Source of the DNA: an uncultured Bacteroidota bacterium
Lineage (GTDB): Bacteria > Bacteroidota > Bacteroidia > Bacteroidales > DTGW01
Assembly: GCA_963808135.1 (NCBI GenBank)
Contig: CAWEFA010000078.1
Span: 13,797 to 77,796 of the forward strand
Length of the DNA stretch: 64,000 nucleotides
Reading direction: 5' to 3'
In this document: positions 9,809 through 21,174 of the stretch, in pieces
Layout of the letters: the number at the start of each line of letters is the position of its first letter
How positions within the stretch are numbered: the stretch's first letter is position 1
The notes under the pieces: generated by a model
Databases searched by the model: none
Seen by the model: only the letters and a program-made list of their open reading frames with translations
What the model was told of the DNA's origin: nothing
Program-made: the position numbers and the translations under genes

Positions 9809-10834
9809 TTATTTCTTTTGAAGATATTTTTCCCAATTCCATGCCGACAACAAGGTTTCTTCGGGAGTTTTTTCAACTTTCCAGCCAAGTTCTTTATTGG
9901 CGTATGAAGTGTCGGCCCAAACTTTTTCAATATCGCCTGCCCTGCGGCCTACAACTTTATATTTAAGGTCAATGCCTGTAACTTTTTTAAAAGTATTAAT
10001 TATTTCTAAAACAGAAAATCCATTTCCAGTGCCAATATTAAAAATTTCATACGAGGCTTTATTTTTATTGTTTAACAACCTGTCGAGTGCTACAACGTGT
10101 GCTTTTGCGAGGTCAACAACATTAATATAATCCCTAATGCAATAACCGTCGGGGGTGTTGTAATCGTTTCCGAATACTTTAAGTTCATCACGAAGGCCAA
10201 TTGCAGTTTGGGTAATATATGGGACAAGGTTTGCCGGCACGCCTAAAGGCAATTCGCCGATTAAAGCGGACGGGTGGGCGCCTATTGGGTTAAAATACCG
10301 CAATGAAATAGCTTTGAGTTTCTTATTTACCGCTAATACATCATTTATAATTTCTTCGCTGATTTGTTTTGTATTTCCATAAGGCGACAGGGCTTTTTTT
10401 ACCGGGGCTTTTTCGGTTACCGGTAGTTCATCGGGCTGCCCGTAAACCGTACATGACGAAGAAAACACGATTGAAGGCACATTATATTTTAACATTCCTT
10501 TAAGCAAATTAATTAGCGAAACCAGGTTATTCCGGTAATATACAAGCGGCAGTTCAACCGATTCGCCAACAGCTTTATTAGCGGCAAAATGAATAATTAT
10601 TTCAAGCTTTGGATATTTCTCGAAAAACCGGTTTACTTTATCATTGTTGCAAAGATCGAATTGCTCAAAAGCAGGCCTTATGCCTGTAATTTTTTCTATT
10701 CCGTCAAGCACTTCGATTTTCGAGTTCGACAAATTATCGATAATAATAACTTCATAACCTTCGTTTATAAGTTCAACAGTAGTATGCGAACCTATATAAC
10801 CCGTTCCACCTGTTACCAAGACCTGTTTTTTCAT
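9809..10834 (-). CDS. galE: UDP-glucose 4-epimerase
   Basis: GGTGYIGSH, KAVGES, PYGNTK, LRYFNPIGAHPS. Confidence 0.95.
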   Translation of the reverse strand: MKKQVLVTGGTGYIGSHTTVELINEGYEVIIIDNLSNSKIEVLDGIEKITGIRPAFEQFDLCNNDKVNRFFEKYPKLEIIIHFAANKAVGESVELPLVYYRNNLVSLINLLKGMLKYNVPSIVFSSSCTVYGQPDELPVTEKAPVKKALSPYGNTKQISEEIINDVLAVNKKLKAISLRYFNPIGAHPSALIGELPLGVPANLVPYITQTAIGLRDELKVFGNDYNTPDGYCIRDYINVVDLAKAHVVALDRLLNNKNKASYEIFNIGTGNGFSVLEIINTFKKVTGIDLKYKVVGRRAGDIEKVWADTSYANKELGWKVEKTPEETLLSAWNWEKYLQKK

Positions 10835-10992
10835 TTATAAATTTGCTTTTACATCTAATTACAATTAATAACATAATTGGTTTAAATAAGAATTTTAACT
10901 GAATAATCCACGAAGTTAATAAACGTATGAATTTATCTATGCTATGTCTTATCAAAATTTTATTACATTTGTTTTCAAATAAATTCTAATTA

Positions 10993-11996
10993 ATGGACTT
11001 TGACCGGATTATACAAGATACTTAATCAGGTTCAATTCTGTAACGGTAGCAGGTTTAGGCACTTTCTCGCTGGATTATATTCCGGCTGAGATATACCGTT
11101 TCAATAATCGTATTACACCTCCATCGTGCCAGTTGGTTTTTAATGAAAATTTTGATGGTTCAGACAATTTATTAATTAAAGCCATTTCTGAAGAATATGA
11201 TATGTCTGAGGTTGATGCACGTTCTGAATTAGAAATTTGGGCAAAAAAAATAAAAGAAAACATAGAGCAAGAAGATCAGCATAAAATAAATGAAATTGGA
11301 TTACTAAAGAAAGAGGATGGCAAAATTAGTTTTGAAGCTGATTTAAGCAGCCCGATATTTGCTGAAAATTATGGCCTTGAAACTGTGAATATTCCTTTAA
11401 TTGAAATTGAAGGAGATATAATAACCACCGATGTTGGCAGGCCGGCATATAATTATACTCCTGTTCATGCAAATAGCTGGAGAAAATGGGCTTTATTAGC
11501 CGCCGCTATAATAATTATTGGGACATTGTTTGTGGTTTCTTATCAGAGAAACTATTTGCAAGCCGGTATAAAATCATTATCGGAGTTCATAAATACGAAT
11601 AATTATTTAACAAAGCTGAGAAATGGTTTTAATGGGTACATTTCCGGCAATGTTGATGCAGACAAATTGAAAAGGGAAGCTTTACGATATTCGGAAAATT
11701 TTAAAAAATCAAAGGGCACAATTAGTTCAAGCGTTCAACCGTCGTCTGGACGAAAAGTTTTGAGATATTATTTAATTGCCGGAAGTTTTAAAACAATGAA
11801 CAGGGCTGAGAAGCTAAAATATGAACTTACTTCTAAAGGTTTTTCCCCCGAAATACTTGTTTTTAATGATAGTATTTTCAGGGTTTCCATGTTGTCTGAT
11901 ACAATACGCCGTAAAGCTGTGGATGAATATATCAGGCTTACTTCTGAAGAAAACAATTATAAACTTTGGTTTTTCAGCCAGCTGACTTCAAAATAA
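10993..11996 (+). CDS. HU-like N-terminal / TM / SPOR domain protein (apparent indel near 5' end)
   Basis: The frame extends upstream of 11133 (VTVAGLGTF..ITPP, HU-CCDC81-like); central TM; C-terminal YYLIAGSFK..RA SPOR motif; ATG at 10993 is out of frame. Confidence 0.7.
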
Positions 11997-12008
11997 CAAC
12001 TAATCAAT

Positions 12009-13843
12009 TTACTCAACCGTAACAGATTTGGCAAGATTTCGAGGCTGATCGACATTGCATCCGCGCATAACCGCAATGTAGTACGATAACAATTGGAATG
12101 GTATTACAGCAAGTAAAGGAATTAGCGGTTCAATGGAATTTGGGACTTCTATAGTATAATCAGCTAAATTTTTTATAATCTTATCGCCTTCAGATACCAC
12201 AGCAATGATAATCCCGTTTCTTGCTTTAACTTCCTGTATATTGGATACAATTTTTTCATACGATTTGTCCTGTGTTGCAACAAAAACAACAGGCATCCTT
12301 TCATCAATCAAAGCAATAGGCCCGTGTTTCATTTCTGCTGCCGGATAGCCTTCAGCATGGATATAGGAAATTTCTTTAAGTTTTAACGCGCCTTCCAATG
12401 CAACCGGGAATAAATATCCCCTTCCCAAGTAAAGGCAATTGGAAGTATTTTTAAAAAGTTTGGCTAATTTTTTAACTTCTTCACTTCTGTTCAGAATAAG
12501 TTCTATCTTTTCAGGAATCATTGATAATTCCAAAACTAATTTATTAAACGAACTGTCAGAAAGCACATTTCTTTTTTTGCCAAGAAGCATAGCCATCATT
12601 GCAAGTACAGTAACCTGGCAGGTAAATGCTTTTGTTGAAGCAACGCCGATTTCAGGCCCTGCATGGGTATAAACGCCTGCATGGGTTTCGCGCGGGATAC
12701 TTGAACCAACCACGTTACAAATTCCCAAAACCGTTACTCCCTCGGTTTTGGCAAGCTGAATTGCAGCTAATGTATCGGCCGTTTCACCGCTCTGGCTTAT
12801 GGCAATAACAATATCGTCGGGAAATAAAACCGGGCTTCGGTAACGAAATTCTGATGCATATTCAACTTCTACAGGTATCCGGGCAAGTTCTTCAAAAAGG
12901 TATTCGCCTACCAATCCTGCATGCCAAGATGTGCCACAGCCTATGATAATTATCCGTTTGGCATTTAATAATTTTGGCATTACTGAAAACAGGCCGCCAA
13001 GATGGATATTGGGTATTTCATTAATATCCGTCCCCTGAAAGTATCGAGGATAGCGCGGGGCTGTTCGAAAATTTCTTTAAGCATAAAATGTTCGAAGCCA
13101 TTTTTTTCTATTTCGTCAACATCAATATCAATTTTATGTATTTTGGGTTTAATTAAATCATTGGCAAGTGTTTTTAATGTCAATTCATCTCTTTTTATAA
13201 TAGCAACATCGTTATCATTCAGGTATATCACGCTGTTTGTGTGTTCAACTATCGGGGTTGCATCGGAAGCTACGAAATATTCGCCTTCGCCGACACCAAT
13301 TACAAGTGGGCTTCCTTTACGTGCAGCAAACAATTTATCAGGTTCTTCGGAACACATTATTACAAGTCCATAAGCCCCTACAACTTTTGTTAAAGCGAGG
13401 CGTATAGCTATTTCGGCTGTAACATTGCCTTTTATATAAATATATTCGATTAGGTTCACGAGTACCTCAGTATCGGTTTCGCCAACAAAATTATATCCCC
13501 TGTCCACAAGTCTTTTCTTTAATGGGGCATAATTTTCAATAATGCCATTGTGGATAAGAACAAATTTTCCGTTCATTGAAGCATGGGGGTGTGCATTTAT
13601 ATCATTAGGTTCGCCGTGGGTTGCCCAGCGGGTATGGCCTATTCCAACAGATCCGCTAATATCTTTACCGTTTATAAATGTTTCCAGGTCGCTTACTTTT
13701 CCTTTGCATTTATATATTCTTGGTTTTCCGTTGAGAAGAGAAATACCAGCTGAATCGTATCCCCGGTATTCTAACCTTTTCAGGCTGTTAATTAAAATTG
13801 GATACGCTTCTTGTGAACCTATGTACCCGACAATTCCACACAT
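12009..13843 (-). CDS. glmS: Glutamine-fructose-6-phosphate transaminase (split by indel near 13020)
   Basis: MCGIVG, GHTRWATHG in the 5' ORF; SQSGETADT, AAEMKHGP, PRNLAKSVTVE in the 3' ORF. Confidence 0.95.
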
Positions 13844-13845
13844 AA

Positions 13846-15210
13846 CTAATTTTTATTAAATGTTAAATAATTTATATTGAGCCGAATATTCTTGCCTCTT
13901 TTTATAATTGTACTGGATAAAGTATAATTTGAAGATACAGGTTCTATCAGTAATTTATCAACATCTGTAATTCCATTAAGATATTCCTGCACATACTGGG
14001 AGATATTTAAAATGTATACGCCTCTTTTTGTATCCGGTAAACCATTAACAAATCCATCATAGAAAGGTTTAAATGCGGTTGAATAATTCGTAATGTTTCC
14101 ATTTTTATCTAAAGTTCTTAAAACAAGTTGTGTTGAAAATGGCATTCTGCTTGTAATATTTGGTATATAACTGCTATAAAAAATTGTGTCGTAAGGAATA
14201 ACAAGTTCTGCTTTAGTTACATCAAAAAGTTTATTTTTATACCTATTTTTTAAATTTTCAAGCCCGGCCATATTAAGCTCTGCCTGAACTCCCTGGGCGC
14301 TTTGAATAAACAACACCGAATCATTTTTAGTACCATTAAGATTATCATAAATTTTTGTATTAAGATAATTAAAATGATTTAATAAATTGGCTTTCGGGTA
14401 AAAATATTCATTATTATAGAGATATGATGAAAACCCGAATTCAATATCATCCTTATTCCCAGATTCATTTAGGCTGGTATCTTTTAATGAGTGAAAATAA
14501 AGGATCATGTTATTTTTCAGCGAGCCATCATTTGCCAGAGCATCCATGTTATATGTGGCAACTGCTCCGGGGCCGGGCGTTCTTTCGGGCAGAAAATAGA
14601 AACCGCAAAAGAATCCTGCATTTATAAGTTTTTTTCGAAAAACGAAATCATTGGAAACAGTTACTGAGTCCAATAAATTTAATAATTGCTGGGCGTATTT
14701 TAATGGCAGTGTAATTTGGATCGGGGAAACGCTAAAATCAACAGATATTTCGACAAGTGCATGTTGTCGTAAACGTAAATCATTGCTATAAACTGTAGTT
14801 TTTGATAATGTGTCCAGTATTTGGAAGATTTTTAATTTAATCCATCCTTTTCCACCTTTGAAATATTCATAATTAAGTGTTATAAACAATGAATCGGCAA
14901 TTTTTTTGGTTTTGTAATTATGTAATGGGGTCAGCGGTCTAAATTCAGTAACCAAAGATGCATTCAAAGCCCCGAATATTATATCATTATAAATGCCTAA
15001 CATAATTGTATCCCCTTTTGGGAGCGGTTCATTCAAGCTTGAATAAACATTGCTGCTTGGAATATTTATTGTATCATTTGAGTTTACGCTAATAAGTTCA
15101 TTTGACGGCAATAAACCAAGTCCCATGTTAGTAGGATTGTCATTGCACGAAATAAAAAACTGGATAGCTGAAATTGTTAATATAATTGAACATAAATTTG
15201 CAAAACGCAT
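13846..15210 (-). CDS. DUF4270-like lipoprotein
   Basis: Lipobox FISC; conserved Bacteroidota position between the glycogen-synthase-like gene and glmS. Confidence 0.7.
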   Translation of the reverse strand: MRFANLCSIILTISAIQFFISCNDNPTNMGLGLLPSNELISVNSNDTINIPSSNVYSSLNEPLPKGDTIMLGIYNDIIFGALNASLVTEFRPLTPLHNYKTKKIADSLFITLNYEYFKGGKGWIKLKIFQILDTLSKTTVYSNDLRLRQHALVEISVDFSVSPIQITLPLKYAQQLLNLLDSVTVSNDFVFRKKLINAGFFCGFYFLPERTPGPGAVATYNMDALANDGSLKNNMILYFHSLKDTSLNESGNKDDIEFGFSSYLYNNEYFYPKANLLNHFNYLNTKIYDNLNGTKNDSVLFIQSAQGVQAELNMAGLENLKNRYKNKLFDVTKAELVIPYDTIFYSSYIPNITSRMPFSTQLVLRTLDKNGNITNYSTAFKPFYDGFVNGLPDTKRGVYILNISQYVQEYLNGITDVDKLLIEPVSSNYTLSSTIIKRGKNIRLNINYLTFNKN

Positions 15211-16022
15211 TATTGCTCTCCTAGTATCTTATCGTAAAACATTGAATATTCATCAATATAAAACTCAGAAGATTTGTAATCGAGATATGGAACTTTAGTT
15301 TTTTTAATATAATCGTTTAGTTCCTGAGGTATAATTTCACTTCCATAAATAACCCCGTCGGAGTATTGAACGGCTAATTTGATTAAATTATTATACGTAG
15401 GTTCTTTTAATATTTTAATATCAGCATCATTAATGTTTTCATAAATAATTTTACCTGCAAAATTTTTGCTGAACTTTGAACCGAAACCATTGTCATAAAT
15501 TGAATAAATTATTTTCGATTTTGAAAATAGAGGTTCGTCAATGTACGATTTCTTAATGTAAATTGGTACTAAAGCCGAGAACCATCCGTGGCAATGAATA
15601 ATGTCGGGCGACCATCTGAGCTTTTTTACAGTTTCAATAACGCCCCTGCAAAAAAATATGCTCCGTTCATCGTTGTCGGAAAAATATTTTCCATTTTCGT
15701 CCGTGAATATGGCCTTACGCTGAAAATAATCTTCGTTATCGATGAAATAAACCTGCATCCGGGCTGATTGAATTGAAGCTACTTTTATGATTAACGGATG
15801 ATCGGAATCGTTAATGATTAAATTCATTCCCGAGAGCCTTATAACTTCATGGAGTTGGTTCCTTCGCTCATTGATACAACCGAACTTAGGCATAAATGTA
15901 CGAATCTCCCTGCCTCTCTCTTGTATTCCCTGCGGAAGGTTACGTGCAACAACTGACATCTCAGTCTCTGAAAGATAAGGCATAATTTCTTGCGAAATAT
16001 ATAATACCTTTACACTTTCCAT
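15210..16022 (-). CDS. Glycogen/starch synthase catalytic-domain protein (Glyco_transf_5)
   Basis: RTFMPKFGCINERRNQLHEVIRLSGMN, PDIIHCHGW; divergent from panC as in other Bacteroidota. Confidence 0.88.
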   Translation of the reverse strand: MESVKVLYISQEIMPYLSETEMSVVARNLPQGIQERGREIRTFMPKFGCINERRNQLHEVIRLSGMNLIINDSDHPLIIKVASIQSARMQVYFIDNEDYFQRKAIFTDENGKYFSDNDERSIFFCRGVIETVKKLRWSPDIIHCHGWFSALVPIYIKKSYIDEPLFSKSKIIYSIYDNGFGSKFSKNFAGKIIYENINDADIKILKEPTYNNLIKLAVQYSDGVIYGSEIIPQELNDYIKKTKVPYLDYKSSEFYIDEYSMFYDKILGEQ

Positions 16023-16149
16023 TTATTACATTTTACCATAATTACTACAAAATTACTAAAAAATATCAATATTCAGTTACATTGAATTATTCCGGTAATT
16101 ATGAGTTTGACGTAAATCAGGGAAAATTAAACACTTATTGAAATATACT

Positions 16150-16157
16150 TATATTTG
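16150..16157 (+). promoter_or_regulatory. Bacteroidota primary-sigma -7 box (TAnnTTTG) upstream of panC
   Basis: TATATTTG 12 nt before the panC ATG. Confidence 0.6.
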
Positions 16158-16168
16158 CAAAATTTTTT

Positions 16169-17012
16169 ATGAAGGTAGTTAAATATAAAAGTGAGCTCAA
16201 TGAATTGCTCGGTTTGGTTCGGGAGAAGGGGCAGAAGTGTTGGGCTCGTGCCAACAATGGGAGCGCTTCATGAAGGACACCTTTCACTTTTCCGATATTG
16301 CCGCAATGAAAATAATATATCGGTTGCAAGTATTTTTGTAAATCCAACCCAATTTAACGATCCAAATGATTTTAAGAATTATCCGAGAAATTTGGATAAG
16401 GATATTGGCATAATTGAAGCTGAGAAGTTTGATTACGTTTTTTGCCCTGGAGCAGATGAAATGTACCCTGAACCAGATGAAAGGGTTTTTGATTTCGGAA
16501 AGCTCGGTAATGTTATGGAAGGCAAATTCAGGCCAGGCCATTTCAATGGTGTTGCCCAAATTGTTACAAAATTATTTGATGCAATAAAGCCTCATAAAGC
16601 ATATTTTGGGGAAAAGGATTTTCAACAGCTCACTATAATTAAATATTTAGTAAAGACATTGGAATTGCCGGTAAAAATTGTGCCTTGTCCAATAATACGT
16701 GAAACTGACGGACTGGCTATGAGTTCAAGGAATGTTTTACTAAGCGCTGATGAACGCAAAAATGCGCCGTTAATTTTCCAAATATTAACAAAAGCAAAGG
16801 CTTTGCAAATTGATTATAGTACCAATCAACTTATCGATTGGGTAATTGAACAAATCAACCGGAACCCGTTTTTAAAAGTTGAGTACTTTGAAATTGTTGA
16901 TACTAAAAATTTACAGCCCGTAACCAGTTGGGATGAAAAGTGCGGAATAATTGGCTGCATAGCAGTTAAAGCTGGCAACGTGAGGCTTATTGACAATATT
17001 AAATTTAATTAA
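16169..17012 (+). CDS. panC: Pantoate-beta-alanine ligase (extra G in GGGG run near 16228)
   Basis: VPTMGALHEGH, FVNPTQF, RPGHFNGV, GLAMSSRN; true start MKVVKYK at 16169 is one base out of frame. Confidence 0.95.
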
Positions 17013-17134
17013 TGCCTAAACATTGATTGATGAAATGTTATTTATAATTTTGGCATTTCCGAAAGCTGATTATAAAAATAAATTGTTTAATTTTTATAAT
17101 TAAGTTTATCGGTTTAACAATATATTTATAAAGT

Positions 17135-17488
17135 ATGTGGATTGAAGTATTGAAATCGAAAATACACATGGTTACCGTTACGGAAGCAAATCTTTATTAT
17201 GTTGGAAGCATAACTATTGACGAAAACCTTATGGATGCTTCGAACATAATTGAAGGTGAAAAAGTGCAGGTTGTGAACATAAACAATGGCGTACGTTTCG
17301 AAACTTATGTTATTAAAGGTTTGCGCGGCTCCGGGCAAATTGCCCTTAACGGCCCTGCCGCACGGTTGGCATTAGTTGGCGATGTTGTTACTATTATGTC
17401 GTACGCAACTTGTGATTTTGACGAAGCTAAAAAATTCAAACCTTCAATTATTTTCCCTGACAGCGCATCAAATAAACTAATTAAATAG
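17135..17488 (+). CDS. panD: Aspartate 1-decarboxylase
   Basis: [19 protein letters not shown]. Confidence 0.95.
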   Translation: MWIEVLKSKIHMVTVTEANLYYVGSITIDENLMDASNIIEGEKVQVVNINNGVRFETYVIKGLRGSGQIALNGPAARLALVGDVVTIMSYATCDFDEAKKFKPSIIFPDSASNKLIK

Positions 17489-17495
17489 AAGTTCC

Positions 17496-18503
17496 TTGAA
17501 AAAATTAATTATTAACATCGTTCAGTATTCAATATTTTTAGGCTTAAGTATAGTTTTGCTTTATTTTGCTTTAAGGAATATTGATTTTAAACATCTGTTG
17601 GAAAGCATTAAAACAGCAAGGTATCAATATGTTTTTATTGCTTTTACATTTGGTTTTATAGCAATTTTTGTAAGGGCTTATCGCTGGACTATTATGATTG
17701 AGCCTTTAGGCTTTTATCCTAAATTAAGCAACACGTATCATGCTTTGGTAATTGGCTATACTGCCAATTATGCATTTCCGAGAATTGGAGAAGTTACGCG
17801 TTGCGGGGTTTTAAGCCGGACTGAAAGAATTCCTGCCGATGCCTTATTGGGTACCGTAATTTCTGAAAGGATAATTGATGTATTAACTTTGCTTTTTCTA
17901 ACGTTTATAACCATTCTTATTAAATTAAAGTTTTTCGGCTCATTTTTTTCCGACAAAGTATTCGTTCCTTTAATTGAAAGAATAGGAGGGAGTTTGCATT
18001 TTTCTTATTACGTTTGGGTTGCTTTGCTTATTTTCCTAGCAGCTTCAATAATCCTAATTTATACATTCCGAAAAAAAATACTCAGTATTGTATTTGTAAA
18101 AAAAATTGGAAAAATCGGGAAAGGCATTTGGGGTGGGACGAAATCTGCTTTGAACATAAAACGAAAAATTGCTTTCATTTTTCATACTTGTTTATTATGG
18201 CTGTTATATACTTTAATGACATATTATTTCTTATTTTCATTAAAACCAACTTCTGAACTGTCAATGCTCGATGCATTATTTATTATGTTAGCCGGCGGAT
18301 ATGGCATGGCTGCGCCAGTTCAGGCCGGTATTGGGGCTTACCATGCTATTGTTGCGTTAGCCCTTTCAATTTATTTCATATCATGGAACGACGGCATTGC
18401 ATATGCATTAATAAGCCATAGCGCGCAAGCAATAGGTATTATAATATTGGGCGGGATATCGGCAATTATTTTATTTTTAAAAAAGAAACAGGTGAACGTC
18501 TGA
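17496..18503 (+). CDS. Lysylphosphatidylglycerol synthase TM-region (UPF0104) membrane protein
   Basis: RAYRW, PRIGEVTR, GTVISERIID; multiple TM helices. Confidence 0.85.
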   Translation: MKKLIINIVQYSIFLGLSIVLLYFALRNIDFKHLLESIKTARYQYVFIAFTFGFIAIFVRAYRWTIMIEPLGFYPKLSNTYHALVIGYTANYAFPRIGEVTRCGVLSRTERIPADALLGTVISERIIDVLTLLFLTFITILIKLKFFGSFFSDKVFVPLIERIGGSLHFSYYVWVALLIFLAASIILIYTFRKKILSIVFVKKIGKIGKGIWGGTKSALNIKRKIAFIFHTCLLWLLYTLMTYYFLFSLKPTSELSMLDALFIMLAGGYGMAAPVQAGIGAYHAIVALALSIYFISWNDGIAYALISHSAQAIGIIILGGISAIILFLKKKQVNV

Positions 18504-18646
18504 CATTTTTTTATCGTTAATTCTTTCCGGAAAATATCTCGTTGTTTTATTATAAAGAAAGAAAAGTGTTTAACTAATAAATAAAGCGAACCAATTAGAA
18601 AAAATTAAAATTAATATCTTTAATCAATATTTAAGTTTTAATTGCT

Positions 18647-19135
18647 ATGAACAATAAAGAAAGGGTAAAAGCAAAGATTTTATCAGATATAGAATTAAAC
18701 CGTGTTTTGGCAAGGGCAAACCTGAAAGGGAAAAAGATAGTGTTCACTAATGGATGCTTTGATATTATTCACCGCGGGCATATTGAATATTTAATGCAGG
18801 CTGCCGATTTAGGCGATATTCTTATTGTTGGGTTAAACAGCGATTCTTCAGTAAAAAAAATCAAAGGGGCAAAACGGCCAATACAGGATCAAACTACCCG
18901 CTCAAAAATGCTTGCCTCGTTGAGCTATGTCAGCTATGTAATACTCTTCGATGACGAAACGCCTTACAATTTAATCCAATCAGTCCAACCCGATGTTCTT
19001 GTGAAAGGCGGCGATTATAAACCCGAAAATATTGTTGGGTACGACATTGTTACAAAAAAAGGGGGACAGGTAATTACAATTCCCTTTTTTAAAGGCCATT
19101 CAACCACGGAACTTATAAATAAAATTTCAAAATAA
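18647..19135 (+). CDS. rfaE2: D-glycero-beta-D-manno-heptose 1-phosphate adenylyltransferase
   Basis: FTNGCFDIIHRGH, VGLNSD, LVKGGDY. Confidence 0.88.
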   Translation: MNNKERVKAKILSDIELNRVLARANLKGKKIVFTNGCFDIIHRGHIEYLMQAADLGDILIVGLNSDSSVKKIKGAKRPIQDQTTRSKMLASLSYVSYVILFDDETPYNLIQSVQPDVLVKGGDYKPENIVGYDIVTKKGGQVITIPFFKGHSTTELINKISK

Positions 19136-19235
19136 TTTTAATTCAGCTATTCGTTGCTGGTTGCATATTGATTTTCTTTGGTTTTATATTTAAAAATAAG
19201 TTCCTGAAATTTTATGACCCGACAATAATTTTAGC

Positions 19236-20597
19236 ATGTCCAAAACAAAAACCAGGTATGTTTGTCAGAATTGCGGGGCCGAATCGCCCAAATGGCTTGG
19301 GCGGTGCAGTTCATGCGGCGAATGGAACTCATTGGTTGAGGAATTGGTTGTTAAAGAATCAGGCAGGGGTTCTGATAAATTTTCAGGGAAATCGACAAAA
19401 CCAATTCCCATCACACAAATACAATTTAATGAAAACAAAAGGCTTAATACGCTGAGCGAAGAATTGAACCGCACCCTCGGCGGCGGACTTGTTCCCGGTT
19501 CAGTTGTTCTGCTTGGCGGCGAGCCGGGCATAGGAAAATCAACGCTTGCTTTACAATTATCGTTGCGCTTAGCCAATATTAAATCGCTTTATATTTCAGG
19601 CGAAGAGAGCGCCGAACAAATAAAACTCAGGGCACAGCGATTGGGCATAGAGAATGAAAATTGCAATATACTTTGTGAAACTTCGCTCGATAACATAATT
19701 TCTATCATTGAAAATTTTGAGCCTGGCCTCGTGATTATCGATTCTATTCAAACCCTTTTTGCCGATTATATTGAATCATCTCCGGGAAGCGTTTCACAAA
19801 TCCGGGAATGTGCCTTACGTTTGTTAAAACTGGCTAAAAGCAGCGCAATTCCAGCAATCCTAATAGGCCATATTGTAAAAGACGGAAGCCTGGCTGGCCC
19901 GAAAGTACTTGAACATATGGTTGACACTGTTCTCCAGTTTGAAGGTGACAGGCAATATTTATACCGTATTCTCAGGGCTACAAAAAACCGCTTTGGTTCA
20001 ACTTCTGAAATAGGAATTTTTGAGATGCAAAGCGAAGGACTTATTGAAGTTAAAAATCCTTCTGAAATCCTTATTTCACACAGCGACGAAAAATTGAGCG
20101 GCATAGCAATAGCGGTTACGATTAACGGAATACGCCCTTATCTTATTGAAACGCAGGCGCTGGTTAGTTCGGCGGTTTATGGCACGCCGCAGCGATCATC
20201 GACAGGTTTTGATACCAGGCGTTTAAATATGTTGCTTGCAGTGCTTGAGAAACGGGCGGGTTTTCGCCTTGCAATAAAAGATGTATTTTTAAATATGGCT
20301 GGCGGCATAAAAGTCGACGATCCTGCTATCGACCTGCCTATAGCGGCAGCTATTCTTTCTTCAAATGCCGATATGGTTATTTCCAATAAAACTTGTTTGT
20401 CAGGTGAAATCAGCCTTTCCGGCGAAATTCGTCCGGTTTACAGGGTCGAACAGCGGGTTGCCGAAGCGGAAAAGCTTGGCTTCGAGAAAATTATTATTTC
20501 AAAGTCCAATCAAAAAAATTTGAAAAATTATTCAAAGAAAATAGAAATCGTTTATATTAATAAAATTGAGCAATTGCCTAAAATACTATTTGTTTAA
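19236..20597 (+). CDS. radA: DNA repair protein RadA/Sms
   Basis: C4 zinc finger, GEPGIGKST, KNRFG motif. Confidence 0.96.
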   Translation: MSKTKTRYVCQNCGAESPKWLGRCSSCGEWNSLVEELVVKESGRGSDKFSGKSTKPIPITQIQFNENKRLNTLSEELNRTLGGGLVPGSVVLLGGEPGIGKSTLALQLSLRLANIKSLYISGEESAEQIKLRAQRLGIENENCNILCETSLDNIISIIENFEPGLVIIDSIQTLFADYIESSPGSVSQIRECALRLLKLAKSSAIPAILIGHIVKDGSLAGPKVLEHMVDTVLQFEGDRQYLYRILRATKNRFGSTSEIGIFEMQSEGLIEVKNPSEILISHSDEKLSGIAIAVTINGIRPYLIETQALVSSAVYGTPQRSSTGFDTRRLNMLLAVLEKRAGFRLAIKDVFLNMAGGIKVDDPAIDLPIAAAILSSNADMVISNKTCLSGEISLSGEIRPVYRVEQRVAEAEKLGFEKIIISKSNQKNLKNYSKKIEIVYINKIEQLPKILFV

Positions 20598-20694
20598 AAT
20601 TTTGGGCGTTGATTGTTAAAAAATATTTAAATAAAAACTCTTCAATTTTGTTTATTCCTTTGTATTATTGCAGTGGCCTTCAAATAATGAGATA

Positions 20695-21171
20695 ATGGCT
20701 AATATAGAAAATTCAGAGGATTTTGTCATTCTTCCTTCATACGTGCCGGCATGTGCAGTATTTCCAATTACCCCGCCAGCTATAGAAAGCGGTTATGTTT
20801 ATAATTTTACAACAAGTTCAGGGCTTTTATACGAAGTCCGCTTTGCGCCGAAAAAAGACAAAATCCTGGAAATGATTGTAAACTTTACGGTTCTGAGCGA
20901 TGAATTCGAACATGATTACCCGGTAACCAACCGGGGGGAATTGTACGGTGTAATTGCATCCGTAATTGAAATAATTAAAATGTTCCATCGGCATCATAAT
21001 TTTACAATTTCTTACGAATTTTCAGGCGAGTTCAAAGAGAATGAAAATAAAGAAAACGATATAACCAGCATTCGGTCGCGCTTATATTTGCGATATGCAG
21101 GCAAAGTGCTGAATAATAATTGGGCTCCTGAGCTTTTAGGGAATAAAGTAATTTTGAGAAAAAAACATTGA
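20695..21171 (+). CDS. Hypothetical protein
   Basis: Intact ORF filling the intergenic space; start uncertain (TTG 20668 or ATG 20695). Confidence 0.6.
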   Translation: MANIENSEDFVILPSYVPACAVFPITPPAIESGYVYNFTTSSGLLYEVRFAPKKDKILEMIVNFTVLSDEFEHDYPVTNRGELYGVIASVIEIIKMFHRHHNFTISYEFSGEFKENENKENDITSIRSRLYLRYAGKVLNNNWAPELLGNKVILRKKH

Positions 21172-21174
21172 TTT